A stretch of 64,000 nucleotides of DNA from Shigella phage vB_SflM_004. Numbering within the stretch: position 1 is the stretch's first letter; each line of letters begins with the position of its first letter. The DNA lies in sequence record MK295205. The stretch is one strand, 5' to 3'. The notes under the pieces are model-generated. The model was given only the letters and a program-made list of their open reading frames with translations. It had not been told where the DNA came from and made no database searches. The translations under genes were made by a program, and so were the position numbers. Positions 20,298-31,452 of the stretch are shown one piece after another.

Positions 20298-20484
20298 CTC
20301 TTCGTTGTAGTTCTGCCTTCAATCCATTTTCAATCTTGTCAAGTTCATGGACTTCATCTGCAATCTCTTTCCTTCGTGATTCAACTCTCTTAAGACGTTC
20401 AATCATTACCTCATTGGAAAGAGATGAGAGTTCCACTAAACGATGGTCAATAACTTTGAAATTATCTTTTACTCTCATCTTCAT
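20284..20484 (-). CDS. hypothetical protein
   Basis: 66-aa ORF. Confidence 0.4.
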   Translation of the reverse strand: MKMRVKDNFKVIDHRLVELSSLSNEVMIERLKRVESRRKEIADEVHELDKIENGLKAELQRRGANV

Positions 20485-20492
20485 TCTCTCTT

Positions 20493-21236
20493 TTAAATTT
20501 TAAGGATAGCTCTTAGCTTGCTTTCAAGGTCTGCAAGAGTACCATTATTATGAATAATGTCACGCGCATATTTGGTAGAAATCCCATTTTCTGAAACATG
20601 TGACGAAACCTTATCCACATTGTCTCTTTTTACTTCAATAATTTGGTGTGCAAATCTGCTCAGCCACTCAGCTTCAGAGTCAAACCTTAAGTCACTGATT
20701 AAAACAACACCATCTTGATTCTTAAGTGAGCAAACGTCAAAGAAATTTGCCATTCGTTTTTCGAGGTCTTTAGCCCAGAATTTGTCACCCATAACTTTAC
20801 GGATAACTTCAGTGCCCCAAATCTGTTGAATCTGTCTTGATGAGAATTTATACTTTTTACTAAATCCCAGACGTGTTAATAGAGTCGGTTTAGCAACCTT
20901 CTTTAGTTCCATAATTAGTCGTCCGGTCAACTCTGACATGAGTTTGAAGTCATTATGGTAACTTTCACCTCTGAAGGTAAACTCCATAGCTTCTTTGACT
21001 TTGAACATCAGTTCATGGTATGATAAATCAAAAACCTGTGGAGTCTCTTTAGTTTCACCGTACAGGTCATTCCATGTCAAGTCAAATATCTTTGACGCAG
21101 ATAGCTTAAGATTGTCTGCATAGGCCATTACTGCAACATTGTATCCGTACTCATCCTCTAAGATGTTCTTCACAATAGAACATGAGGTATCTTTTCCAGA
21201 ACGTGCCTTTCCAGTAAATGCGATAATATTACTCAT
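20493..21236 (-). CDS. deoxynucleoside monophosphate kinase
   Basis: P-loop FTGKARSGKDT near N-terminus, resembling T4 gp1 dNMP kinase. Confidence 0.6.
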   Translation of the reverse strand: MSNIIAFTGKARSGKDTSCSIVKNILEDEYGYNVAVMAYADNLKLSASKIFDLTWNDLYGETKETPQVFDLSYHELMFKVKEAMEFTFRGESYHNDFKLMSELTGRLIMELKKVAKPTLLTRLGFSKKYKFSSRQIQQIWGTEVIRKVMGDKFWAKDLEKRMANFFDVCSLKNQDGVVLISDLRFDSEAEWLSRFAHQIIEVKRDNVDKVSSHVSENGISTKYARDIIHNNGTLADLESKLRAILKI

Positions 21237-21297
21237 TCTATCTCCCTTAATTACTAAAAAGCCCCCAACTAAGGAGGCTTGTAAGGTTTATAAAGAC

Positions 21298-22110
21298 TTA
21301 GTGCAGTTGGTCAGTATTAATCTGTGAATACTCTTTTTCAGCCATAGCCGAGATTTGCTTCACAAAATCATCGCCAAAGTTAATGCGAAGCTTCTCTTCA
21401 ATGATTGAAGCACCAATGTTCACCAAAACATCGTTGATTGCTTGCATACTTACACCACCAGTCATGCTCTCAATGAACTCAATGCTTGTACCCATCATCT
21501 GTGAAAGCTGGATTAGTGCAACGATATTCATCATCGTAGAGATGGCTGGAACCATCAATGCAACTTTCACCTGAAGTGGCTCTATGTCAGCTACAGAATC
21601 ATTTTTTACAGCTTCTTCCAAAGAATCTTTGGTTTGCTGGATAATCTCTTTGATTCGTGGGTTTAATTCCTCTACACCCCAATCAAGCTTTTCATATCGT
21701 GACAGCTTCTCTTCCATTCGTTTCTCAAGAGCAGCCATAACAGCACTCGTTGACGAAATTAATAGGTCAATTAGCTCATTATAATCTAAGAGCAGCAGTG
21801 AGTCTTTTTCTTCAGAGGTCATGGCAATATAGTCATTTTTCTGCATCTCATAAAAAATGAACTCTGCAAGGGCATCAACACCTACAACAATAGATGCTAA
21901 AGCAAGTGTTTTGTCACACAGCATCATGTTAACCTGTTCTGCAAAAGCACCGTTATCAGACTTGTCTTTAGGCATGTTATAGCTTGCAGGCATAAACTGT
22001 TCTGTGTAGTTATTTCCACGAAGAATCATAGCCATGCTTTCTACGGCATTGATTAAGAATGCTTCGTCAATACCTTTTTCTTCAAGCATTTGTTCTACAT
22101 TGATATTCAT
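21298..22110 (-). CDS. hypothetical protein
   Basis: 270-aa ORF. Confidence 0.45.
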   Translation of the reverse strand: MNINVEQMLEEKGIDEAFLINAVESMAMILRGNNYTEQFMPASYNMPKDKSDNGAFAEQVNMMLCDKTLALASIVVGVDALAEFIFYEMQKNDYIAMTSEEKDSLLLLDYNELIDLLISSTSAVMAALEKRMEEKLSRYEKLDWGVEELNPRIKEIIQQTKDSLEEAVKNDSVADIEPLQVKVALMVPAISTMMNIVALIQLSQMMGTSIEFIESMTGGVSMQAINDVLVNIGASIIEEKLRINFGDDFVKQISAMAEKEYSQINTDQLH

Positions 22111-22111
22111 A

Positions 22112-22534
22112 TTATTTCTCTCTCAGTTGGTTAAGTTTCTTTCTAGAACATTTTAAGTTTTCGGATGAAGAAAAGTCAAGTGTCTTTTCAGAACGTGGAT
22201 AGTAATGTCTATCCCAAGAAGTTTCAACATCATTAATCAGTGACGCTAGATTACACAGGTCTGTACCACTTTGCAACCTCTTTTTAAGAGAATCTAGTAA
22301 AGCAACTGTGTCTTTAGCTTTACGTCTCGCTGTAGCAACATCTTTCATATGCTCAAATACAGAGCATTTTAAGTCATCTTCATAGTTTTCAGACAACTCT
22401 ATTTCATGTTGTATATCAACCATTCTCCTGTGATGGTGAGCATATTCCCGTTGAGCAGCAATGTCAAGTTCTTCCAACTTCTGCAAAGCTCTAACAAAGT
22501 CAGCTATGTCTGGGTGAACAAACATTTTCTGCAT
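22112..22534 (-). CDS. hypothetical protein
   Basis: 140-aa ORF, first gene of leftward operon. Confidence 0.45.
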   Translation of the reverse strand: MQKMFVHPDIADFVRALQKLEELDIAAQREYAHHHRRMVDIQHEIELSENYEDDLKCSVFEHMKDVATARRKAKDTVALLDSLKKRLQSGTDLCNLASLINDVETSWDRHYYPRSEKTLDFSSSENLKCSRKKLNQLREK

Positions 22535-22791
22535 GTAAGCCTCTTTTAAGTAACTATTAAGTTTTAATCTTTTATCTTAACGTATTCTATACGTTATACT
22601 TTAAAGCTTTTTAAAAGCTATTAAATAATCTTTTAAGAGTTTTAAAGTATCTGTATAGTTAAACTGTTAAGTAACCTTTTAAGTAAAAACCCACTTCGCA
22701 AAGATTAACACCTTGTCAAGTACATTGTCAACTTGCTTTTTATAATTTTTTGCAGTAATGTATGAGGTTAATGATTTTAGAGGGAGTAAAA
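22535..22791. promoter_or_regulatory. AT-rich divergent intergenic region with TTGACA/TTGTCA boxes
   Basis: 257-bp non-coding gap between divergently oriented operons; contains CCTTGTCAAG and TTGTCAA motifs and TATAAT-like hexamers; exact promoters not resolved. Confidence 0.45.
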
Positions 22792-25491
22792 ATGGAAAAC
22801 GTAGATTTTAAAAACTTACATTTAGTTGGTGATACAGAAACTGATGGTTTACTCCTTGAGTTCACTAAAGTGCACGTAATGGCTTTCGCAGACTATAAAT
22901 CTGACGATGAAGAGCCACCTGTATGGGTCTTTACAGATGAGCCTATCCTCGGTCACAAATACACTAAGTACATCAAAGGTGGTTTACGTGAAGGTATTGA
23001 GTTTGCGTTAAAGGCAAAACGACTTTGCATCCACAATGGTCTAGGGTATGACTGGTGGGTTTTCAATCACATTGCACCTGATTTGTGGAACTTTGATAAT
23101 CCAAAGTGTAAGCCGTGGAGTAACTTCTTTCAGGATTCTCTTATCCAGTCTCGTGTTCAGTGGATGGATAGACCAACTCCAAAAGGTTATAAAGGTGCTC
23201 ATGGCTTGGCAGCATGGGGTGCTCGTGTTGGTGTCCGTAAACCAGAGATTGAGCATTGGGGTGTGTGGAATGCAGAAATCTTCACTCGTGTTGTAGAAGA
23301 TATCCGTATTAACGCCAAAACTAAACGTGCACTGGATAATGAATATCTGAAGCTAAAGAAGTGTGGTATAGACACTTATGAAACCTATATGCGAGCTAAA
23401 GAAACATCTTTCTGGATGAGTCAACAAGCTATCAATGGTTGGAAAGCTGATAAAGAGCTTATGGAGTTCCATGTAAAGGAACTTGACAAGTTGACCAATG
23501 AGCTTGCTTCAGAAGTTGAACCACATCTTCCTCCAACTATTAAGACTAAAGGTAAAGTTACTGGAGAAGAGTTTGCAAAAGCTTGGAATGAGTATGTTGA
23601 AACATTCGGTCATGCAGATGGACTGAAGAGAATTACCAAGTACCCTAAGACGAAGTACCGTCAGCAGGTACGTAACGGTGAGATGCAGACATATGAAATC
23701 AAGCCATTTGGTAAACCAACTACAAAGATTTTTAACATTGAAAAGAGAAATTGCTATACACCAACCAACTCTGTAACTGGTGAAGAGTACAAGGAAGGTT
23801 TTGTAGCAATGAAGGATGCTCGTGCAATTTGCAATGAGTTGAATGCAAAGATTGGTAAGAAATGCAAAGACTGGAAGCCAGTAAAAACAGTTAAAACTGT
23901 GAAGTACTATAATAGTCATGTTGTTAATCACTTTGAACTGGAGTCAAGTCGCTACACAGGATTGATTGATGCACCATATACACCAATTGAGTTTGAAGTT
24001 TCTCGTATGACTCAGGTAGCAGTTGTTAAAGACTACTTAAAATCAGTTGGTTGGATTCCAGATGACTGGAACTACAAGAAAGACTCAGATGGTCGCCCTG
24101 TAAAAGTTTGCCGTTTCAAAGACAACAAAAAGATGATTACAAAACATCCTAAGTGGCAGGAGATGGTTGAACGGTGTGGCTTGAGTTATGTTGAACATGA
24201 AGGTGTCCAGTACATTGAACATAACTGGTCTGTGAAGAAGTACACAGATTTGCTTGAGCCTTGCTTAATCCGTACTTCACCAAAACTTACTGAATCATCT
24301 TATGATACGATTGAAGGTGAGCTTGGACAGAAGATTGCTAAATACTATACTTTGATGCACCGACGCAGAACTATTGAGAACTCAAAGGATGATGAGAAAG
24401 GTTGGCTAAACCAGATTCGTCCAGATGGTCGCCTTAGTGCTGGTGCAATGGTGTTTGGTACTTCAACTGGACGTATGACACAATACGGTATTGTAAACGT
24501 ACCGTCTGGTGCTGCTGTCTATGGGGAACCAATGAGGGCAGTGTGGATTTGTGAAGAAGGTACTAACGTTGTCTCTGTAGACATGAACTCAGCCCAGCTA
24601 GTTCTCCTTTGTAACTTTATGGGTGACAAAGACTTCACCAAAGCGGTAACGCAAGGTAAAGAAGAGATTGAGTTTATTCGTCAAGAAGATGGACGCTATT
24701 ACTGCAAACACTTTGATGAGTACCTCAATCCAGATATTGATAAGTACCTTCGCTATGACTCTGAGAATGACCTGTACGTTGTCTATTCAGGGACTGATGC
24801 ACACACACTGAACAGTATTTACTTTAGCTTGAATGATGAGCAGGATATCTTGACTTGTCGAGCTACTCAGGATGAGAACCTTCTCCATGAGATTAGCAAG
24901 GGTCGTAAGAAAGCTAAGAATGGTATCTATGCACTGCTGTTCGGTGCAGGTGATGAGAAGTTTGCTAAGACAATTAAAGCTGCAACTACTCAGGAAGGTG
25001 CACTGACTAAACAGACTTACTTTATTCGTTTGCCTAAAATTAAGAAGCTGCTGGATGACTTGGAAGCTGACTACAAAGCAACTAAAAAGGCACTTGAAGA
25101 GGTATTTGGTAAGACTGCTGCAATATCTAAAGGGGGTTTTGTAAAGGTTGCTGGAGCTTGGTTGTGGTGTAAATCTCCACATAAGTTGTTGAATTATTTG
25201 CTCATGGGTTCAGAGGCTCAGATTCAAAATGAGGCAATTAACCTTGCTTGTAGAAGAGCATGTGAAGAAGGGTTGACAAAATTAAATGGACGAAAACCAG
25301 CAATTGGTGCTAGGCTTTTGCTGGCATACCACGATGAAAACAGTTGGGAATGCCCAGAAAGTATGACTCAAGAAGTTAAAGCCATAACTGACTGGATGTA
25401 TGGTCAGGCATCTAAGAATTTAGGTTTGAAGAGTGAGACGCTTGTAACTGGCACAGGTAAGGTTGGTAAGAGCTGGTTGGAAGTACATTGA
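22792..25491 (+). CDS. DNA polymerase, family A (T7 gp5-like)
   Basis: ATG at 22792 preceded by AGAGGGAG SD; motifs GDTETDGL (exo), RPDGRLSAGAMVFGTSTGRMT, KNGIYALLFGAGDEK, LLLAYHDENSWEC, C-terminal W..H. Confidence 0.9.
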   Translation: MENVDFKNLHLVGDTETDGLLLEFTKVHVMAFADYKSDDEEPPVWVFTDEPILGHKYTKYIKGGLREGIEFALKAKRLCIHNGLGYDWWVFNHIAPDLWNFDNPKCKPWSNFFQDSLIQSRVQWMDRPTPKGYKGAHGLAAWGARVGVRKPEIEHWGVWNAEIFTRVVEDIRINAKTKRALDNEYLKLKKCGIDTYETYMRAKETSFWMSQQAINGWKADKELMEFHVKELDKLTNELASEVEPHLPPTIKTKGKVTGEEFAKAWNEYVETFGHADGLKRITKYPKTKYRQQVRNGEMQTYEIKPFGKPTTKIFNIEKRNCYTPTNSVTGEEYKEGFVAMKDARAICNELNAKIGKKCKDWKPVKTVKTVKYYNSHVVNHFELESSRYTGLIDAPYTPIEFEVSRMTQVAVVKDYLKSVGWIPDDWNYKKDSDGRPVKVCRFKDNKKMITKHPKWQEMVERCGLSYVEHEGVQYIEHNWSVKKYTDLLEPCLIRTSPKLTESSYDTIEGELGQKIAKYYTLMHRRRTIENSKDDEKGWLNQIRPDGRLSAGAMVFGTSTGRMTQYGIVNVPSGAAVYGEPMRAVWICEEGTNVVSVDMNSAQLVLLCNFMGDKDFTKAVTQGKEEIEFIRQEDGRYYCKHFDEYLNPDIDKYLRYDSENDLYVVYSGTDAHTLNSIYFSLNDEQDILTCRATQDENLLHEISKGRKKAKNGIYALLFGAGDEKFAKTIKAATTQEGALTKQTYFIRLPKIKKLLDDLEADYKATKKALEEVFGKTAAISKGGFVKVAGAWLWCKSPHKLLNYLLMGSEAQIQNEAINLACRRACEEGLTKLNGRKPAIGARLLLAYHDENSWECPESMTQEVKAITDWMYGQASKNLGLKSETLVTGTGKVGKSWLEVH

Positions 25492-25568
25492 TGGTGTTGA
25501 AATGATGCTCATGGAAGAGTACCTTATACTATATATTGTATAGGAGACTTGTATGACTATTTCAGAAA

Positions 25569-25751
25569 TTGAAGTTCAACTGCAATGTGCTGGATATTCT
25601 CAAAGTGAGATTGAGGCTATGTGCATCATCATTTGCAGTAGCCATAAGCACCTCAAGCTTTCCAGAAATTCGTCTTAAGGTTGATATTTTTATTGCTGGA
25701 GGTAAGATTATCAAGGATAAGACAGGCTACCTTAAAGGTGAACGTCTATGA
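25569..25751 (+). CDS. hypothetical small protein
   Basis: 60-aa ORF (TTG start in track), stop overlaps next ATG (ATGA); C-terminal KIIKDKTGYLKGERL recurs in diverged copies at 40650 and 45830. Confidence 0.35.
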   Translation: MKFNCNVLDILKVRLRLCASSFAVAISTSSFPEIRLKVDIFIAGGKIIKDKTGYLKGERL

Positions 25752-25957
25752 GCCATCGTGGAAGAACTCATCTTGCCATGATGCAAGGTGCTTCAAAAGA
25801 GACTATCAAGAATCGGAAGAAAACTCTTTTTGACAGAATGAATAGACTCATTGATAATGCAAGCCTACCTAACTCTGAAAAGGTTTTCTTGAAAGGGAAT
25901 CTGAAGAGTATTGCACAGGAACTTATTGACATTGAATTTTGGAGACACCAAAAATGA
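25748..25957 (+). CDS. hypothetical small protein
   Basis: 69 aa; diverged copies of its 5' end with its RBS occur at 36520 and 40265. Confidence 0.45.
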   Translation: MSHRGRTHLAMMQGASKETIKNRKKTLFDRMNRLIDNASLPNSEKVFLKGNLKSIAQELIDIEFWRHQK

Positions 25958-26205
25958 CATACGCAGACGTTATTCAGCAACTTCACGACAACTGCTATAC
26001 CCCAGAGTTGATTCAGGAGATGTGTATTGTAGTGATGCCTAGCAAGTTCGTAAAAGCCTTTAGAAATGAAAATTTCACATCTGATGAGTTCTTTGAAATA
26101 AAAGACGGAAAGGTTGTATGTGAAATGGGTTACCCAATGGCTGCATGGTACAAGGGGGAACCTTGGCAGAAAACTGGATGGAGTATCTTTAATGAAACTT
26201 TATAG
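25954..26205 (+). CDS. hypothetical small protein
   Basis: ATG with GGAGACA SD, ATGA overlap with upstream stop; contains [11 protein letters not shown] segment repeated at 39573 and 40571. Confidence 0.45.
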   Translation: MTYADVIQQLHDNCYTPELIQEMCIVVMPSKFVKAFRNENFTSDEFFEIKDGKVVCEMGYPMAAWYKGEPWQKTGWSIFNETL

Positions 26206-26335
26206 CATTTGGGGAAGAGTTGGTGAAGGTTATGACTGGACTCTTCTTAAAACAAATGTTAAAAGTAACGAGATAGCTTACTACAAAATCTATTACCATA
26301 AAACTTTTAGAGAGGTAGAGTATCGTGAGCAATAA
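26192..26335 (+). CDS. hypothetical small protein
   Basis: internal ATG (MKLYSIWGRVGEGYDW) with GGATGGAG SD. Confidence 0.3.
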   Translation: MKLYSIWGRVGEGYDWTLLKTNVKSNEIAYYKIYYHKTFREVEYREQ

Positions 26336-26589
26336 AGAGCAAGAAGCTTTAGCAATCTTCAAGAGCGAAGACAAATCAATAGCTATTGGACTACGACCCC
26401 GAAACAGGGGTCAGACTATCAATGGTACTTAGATTTGTGTAAAATGAAATCTGTAGAGCCAGTTGATGAAACCCGATTCAAAGAACTGTATAATATCTGC
26501 CAAGAGGGTTATGAAGAACATTACGAAGGTTCTTTGAATCCTGTAAATTCAAAAGCTTCAGACTTATTTTACTTGGAAGTTTAGAGAGA

Positions 26590-26763
26590 GTAGTCCTACT
26601 GGTTGGATGTAACCCTTCTTATGAGAATAAGGATGCTTCTTACAGACTTCCTCCGGTATCACGAGGCAATAAGAACTTCAACTCTCGTGCCATTAGCAGG
26701 GATGTTATTGTAGTTCGCTGCCCAAATTCTCAAGACTACTACTTCTTACAAGTATGGAAAGAA
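26590..26763 (+). pseudogene. fragment of lipoprotein gene (paralog of 45889-46158) lacking a start codon
   Basis: translates to LLVGCNPSYENKDASY...IVVVRCPNSQ..., matching the 45889 lipoprotein; no in-frame start upstream. Confidence 0.4.
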
Positions 26764-26804
26764 TAGTCAGTCACATACTACTGTTTTTGATTGAGGATAT
26801 TAAT

Positions 26805-27011
26805 ATGCAGGTTCTTGTAAATTTTATCTATAAGTATGAAAACATCTTCAGTAACATGACTGTAGCACAACGTAATCCTGTTATACCACGAGAAGGAAAA
26901 AAGGCAGGAAATTATAGTTGGAACTACAAAGTTGAAGAAGTCAAACACAAATTCAAAGATGGTTATGACCACCAAGTTGTAAATGTGTATTTAAAAGGTA
27001 AGTGGCAATGA
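26805..27011 (+). CDS. hypothetical protein
   Basis: ATG (MQVLVNF) with GAGGAT SD. Confidence 0.4.
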   Translation: MQVLVNFIYKYENIFSNMTVAQRNPVIPREGKKAGNYSWNYKVEEVKHKFKDGYDHQVVNVYLKGKWQ

Positions 27012-27397
27012 GTGAAAAAAGGTTATTCAAAGAGTCCTACAGTAATCTGAAGATGGGTTATCAAGGCTACTCAATACCTTGGTATGAAGATAAGAAAAAA
27101 CAGTATTCAAACCCTTTTATATATCAACCTGTAAAACTCTCTGTACTGGAGTTTTGGCATGAAACTGGAGCTACGCCATACCAATTTGACAACATGGAAT
27201 ATGCGCGTATTTGTAAAAGTCTTGGTGCAAGACAAGTTGATAATATCATTGAACATTTGAAGGATTTGTATAAAGATTTTGCTGGATACTTATACGAGAA
27301 ACAGTTTGGGGAGTGCTTAAAATACCCAGATGGGCACTCGTTTTTCACAAAAGGTTGTCTTAATGGTAACATAAAAATTGCATACAAAGGCTTGTGA
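27008..27397 (+). CDS. hypothetical protein
   Basis: ATGA start/stop overlap with upstream ORF; 129 aa. Confidence 0.45.
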   Translation: MSEKRLFKESYSNLKMGYQGYSIPWYEDKKKQYSNPFIYQPVKLSVLEFWHETGATPYQFDNMEYARICKSLGARQVDNIIEHLKDLYKDFAGYLYEKQFGECLKYPDGHSFFTKGCLNGNIKIAYKGL

Positions 27398-27507
27398 GGC
27401 ACGTAATATGATTTTTATACTAGATTGAGACTACCATACCCAGATAGCTCCTTTTCCTTATCTAGCAATGCAATGACGCACTCTGGGAATATTGTTTCTG
27501 TTGAAAA

Positions 27508-28114
27508 ATGATAAACACAGATGGTCACAAGTCTGTTCAGTTATTGCTTGATGGTAAAGGCTACCAAGCTAACCGTCTAGCAATACTATATGTGGATGGA
27601 TACCTGCCTGATAAAACCTTAGAGCGTAATGCTGAACAGCAAGCTCCAGGTTGACCATAAGAATGGAGATGGTTGGGACAATAGGTCCAAGATAAGTCAT
27701 AAGAAATATTTGAAGTTCCCTGCTGACGCTCAACTTAAATTTAAGGGTTTCGTTGCAGGATTTCAAGAGATGCTGACTCAGAAAGCTTTTACAGCATATT
27801 CTCGTGAGAACACGGTATACAACATTCCTATAGAGTTGATTCCTGATGTTCTTCTTATGCTGAAACTGCACAAAGATGTTGAGGATTTCGATGGTGAGAT
27901 TTATGCTCATGGTTGGGACTTAGAAGATATTGTTTCGATGATTAAGAATGCTGACAATCCAGACCGTCACCTTCTTAAATTCTACTGGTATGATATCTGT
28001 GACAAGACTAAATCTTGGCCTGAGCGTCGTGAAGTTTCACCATTGTACAGCTTCACAAAACTCTTGCAATCGGTCAAGAAAGAAAACTCCTTCAACGAGT
28101 GTTGTCACCGTTAA
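27508..28114 (+). pseudogene. disrupted HNH-type endonuclease
   Basis: N-terminal fragment (GYQANRLAILYVDGYLPDKT) in one frame and HNH motif VDHKNGDGWDNR in another; junction coincides with a 25-bp fragment also present near 45760. Confidence 0.4.
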
Positions 28115-28137
28115 TACTCCGGGATTAAGCAAGATGC

Positions 28138-28147
28138 ACGGGGGGGG
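28138..28147. repeat. G10 homopolymer
   Basis: cacggggggggggtt; ten consecutive G in an otherwise AT-rich intergenic stretch. Confidence 0.8.
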
Positions 28148-28494
28148 GGTTAAATTAAAGTAACTGGTGTCAAAACTGATAAACGTGGTCATGGTAAGTT
28201 CGTTGTAGAGACTCTTCCTAACGTCCCTATCTGGGTTGCCAAAAGGTGTACAGAAGATAAGTAAAAGCCCTGAAGAGTTTATCGGGAAACCTTTAACTGT
28301 TCAGTTCCAGAAGATGAGTTTCGAGCAATGATACGTTTATTATCATTGGCTTACTTCACAAGTAAACTCTTAAGTATAACATACAAAGCCAAGGTAAAAA
28401 CTATCATCTTGGTATGTTTGACACACCGTAACTGACTTAGAAAATTTGGTGAGTATACTGAGCATCATAAACCAACGGGTACTCACCAACATCA

Positions 28495-28810
28495 CTTAAG
28501 AGTCTTTCTAAGGGGTTTTTAAGTGATGCTCGGTAAGGTTCGGTTCGGTTGGGTGTGGTATGGTGGTGTAAGGTGGTGTAAGGTGGTGTCAGGTGTAGTA
28601 TGGTGCGGTGAGGTTCGGTATGGGTAGTTAGTCTCAGCTACATTAAAATGAGACTTACCTTTTTAAAAGGTCTTTAATAGGGTCTTTTAATAAGGTGATG
28701 TGAGGTGGGGTCTGGTCTGGTTTGGTAAGGCGCGGTCTGGTTTGGTAAGGTAAGGCTCGGTAGGATGTATGGTAGTAGCCACGTTAAAAATCTACAGGCA
28801 TCTAAGAAAT
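28495..28810. repeat. array of two ~150-bp composite repeat units with GGT-periodic tracts
   Basis: units share an AT-rich leader (aaaaggtctttaa.agggtcttttaat), a 60-70 nt tract of GGT-containing ~7-nt periods and a 3' hairpin motif (agtctcagctacattaaaatgagact). Confidence 0.7.
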
Positions 28811-28853
28811 CTTCTGTTGAGGGTTCTTTACAAACAACTTAACAATTAACTAA

Positions 28854-29453
<600 letters not shown>

Positions 29454-29455
29454 TT

Positions 29456-29896
29456 ATGAATACAAAAGCATTAGCAGCAAAATTTAGTTACGGTGATACT
29501 GTATCACACTCTGAGATGGACACCTTCTTAGGTATTGTGAAGCCGACTTATCAAGGTGACATTGTTAAGTACGAAGATGAAATGAAAGCTTACGCACTTA
29601 CACGTCTAAACCGACTTGAGAAGTTTATTGAGAAGCTTCTTAAAGAAGAGAAGATTTATCTGGTCACTTCAATGGGTGTTGGTTATCGTGTGGTGGAACC
29701 TAAGCATCAAGCAACTATTGCAAAACGTAAAATGTCTGGTAAGATTGGTCGTGCTTTAAAACAAGCCACTCAAGCGATTGAGAATGTGAACACTATGGTA
29801 CTTAGCCATCAAGAACGTTCACGACTGATTGAACAGCAAAACCACTTAGCTGCTATGAAAGCTAACATTAATAAGCAACGTAGAAAACCTTTCTAA
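29456..29896 (+). CDS. hypothetical protein
   Basis: 146 aa, basic C-terminus; followed by a terminator. Confidence 0.5.
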   Translation: MNTKALAAKFSYGDTVSHSEMDTFLGIVKPTYQGDIVKYEDEMKAYALTRLNRLEKFIEKLLKEEKIYLVTSMGVGYRVVEPKHQATIAKRKMSGKIGRALKQATQAIENVNTMVLSHQERSRLIEQQNHLAAMKANINKQRRKPF

Positions 29897-29906
29897 GTTG
29901 ACTAGG

Positions 29907-29931
29907 TAGCCTCTTCGGAGGCTCCTTTTTA
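29907..29931 (+). terminator. rho-independent terminator
   Basis: hairpin GTAGCCTC-TTCG-GAGGCTCC followed by TTTTT. Confidence 0.65.
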
Positions 29932-30355
29932 AAAGGTCTTTAAACAGGGTCTTTTAATGAGGTAGTGTTCGGTCTGGTTAGGTCTGGTCTAGTTCGGTTT
30001 GGCAAGGTGGGGTTAGGTATGGGTAGTTAATCGGAGCTACATAAAAATTCGATTGCACCACTTAAGAGTCTTTAAATTATATTCGAAAGAGTATCTCATA
30101 GGGTTTTTAAGTGTTGTTTGGTATGGTACGGTTCAGTGGTGTATGGTTTGGTTCGGTGGTGTAAGGTGTGGTCCGGTAAGGTATGGGTAGTTAGTCTCAG
30201 CTACATTAAAATGAGACTTATCTTTTTAAAAGGTCTTTAAACAGGGTCTTTTAATGAGGCTGTGCTCGGTACGATTCGGTTGGGTCAGGTAAGGTTGGCG
30301 AGGTCAGGTCGGGTGCGGAAGGATGGCAGTAGCCTTATAAAAAATCTGCCAAATA
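29926..30355. repeat. array of three ~130-160-bp composite repeat units with GGT-periodic tracts
   Basis: same unit architecture as 28495-28810; both flavours of leader and 3' motif present. Confidence 0.7.
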
Positions 30356-30369
30356 AGCTATAAAATCTG

Positions 30370-30398
30370 TTGACAAGTCAGGTGTTATAGCTTATTTT
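30370..30398 (+). promoter_or_regulatory. sigma70-like promoter
   Basis: TTGACA, 17-nt spacer, TATTTT; about 45 nt upstream of the 30443 ORF. Confidence 0.4.
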
Positions 30399-30442
30399 TA
30401 TACTCAATGTAATACAAAATTTAATATAACTTTGAGGTCATT

Positions 30443-30826
30443 ATGAAAAAGATTTTATTAGCTTCTGCAATGGTTATGGCAATGAATTTACCAGTCAAGG
30501 CTATGAAGATGCCTGAAGCAAACTTTAACGGTGTTGCTTTAGAATCTTGTAAGATTGTACAGAAAATTGCTTCAAATGCTGGAGAGTTGACGAAACCATT
30601 ATCTGCTCCAACTGTTCAAGAAATGACTGATAAGATGGTTGACTACAACTACCATTTTATGGGAGATTACTATGACAGATTGGCAGATGAGATGGTTACC
30701 CAGAATGTTGATGTTCTTGACAGCAAAGGTATCGAAGCTGTAGAAGATGTGAAAGATAATTTTATGCGTGAGTCTTTCAAAGGTGTCCAATATTTTATTG
30801 AAAATCGTAACTGCATAGGTTTATAA
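30443..30826 (+). CDS. secreted/periplasmic protein of unknown function
   Basis: N-terminal signal peptide MKKILLASAMVMAMNLPVKA; TGAGGT SD; a start-less ~65-codon ORF follows in the +1 frame. Confidence 0.5.
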   Translation: MKKILLASAMVMAMNLPVKAMKMPEANFNGVALESCKIVQKIASNAGELTKPLSAPTVQEMTDKMVDYNYHFMGDYYDRLADEMVTQNVDVLDSKGIEAVEDVKDNFMRESFKGVQYFIENRNCIGL

Positions 30827-31026
30827 TCATGAAGAAGAACATCCCAGAAGCGGTTATGGTAAGATAATTGACGATACAGACGGCTTTACAGTTTACAGAG
30901 TTTGGGCTAATGATTTTTCAACCGTTGTAGAGTCTTTAGATAACTACATCAACGGGACTCGTGAAAACGTCAGAGCAACTAATCTTGATTCGTTAATAGA
31001 CACTTCTCGAAAGCGGAGAAAGAAAG

Positions 31027-31326
31027 ATGAATGAAGTCTTTGACCCTTATGCACCTCAAGATTCTTGGGAGGCTGATAGTGAGGCTGAAATGGAGAGTTA
31101 TATCTATCCAATGGATATTGAAGAGATGAAGGACTTTGTAGCCTTCCGATTCTCTAAAGAGGTTGAGAATCAGAAACTTTCTCAGGCTCAGGCAGCAATT
31201 ATTTGTGAAATCTCACAGAGTCGTGTTTCAAATATCATTAACGACCCTCAAAAGATTTCTTTAGAGTACATGCTTAATGCTTGTGCAAAACTTGGTGTAA
31301 ACTTTAACTTAAGGCTGGCAGATTAA
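31027..31326 (+). CDS. putative HTH DNA-binding protein
   Basis: LSQAQAAIICEISQSRVSNIIN resembles an XRE/Cro-type helix-turn-helix. Confidence 0.45.
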   Translation: MNEVFDPYAPQDSWEADSEAEMESYIYPMDIEEMKDFVAFRFSKEVENQKLSQAQAAIICEISQSRVSNIINDPQKISLEYMLNACAKLGVNFNLRLAD

Positions 31327-31452
31327 TATGAAACGTGAAAATGCAATCTTTAACGATAACTTTGCAATTGGCTTCTATGGTAAACCAACTCCGGCAGAGA
31401 AGCTTTATGGTAATGCAATTCTGGAGACCTTGAAAGAGGTTTAAGAGCTGGT

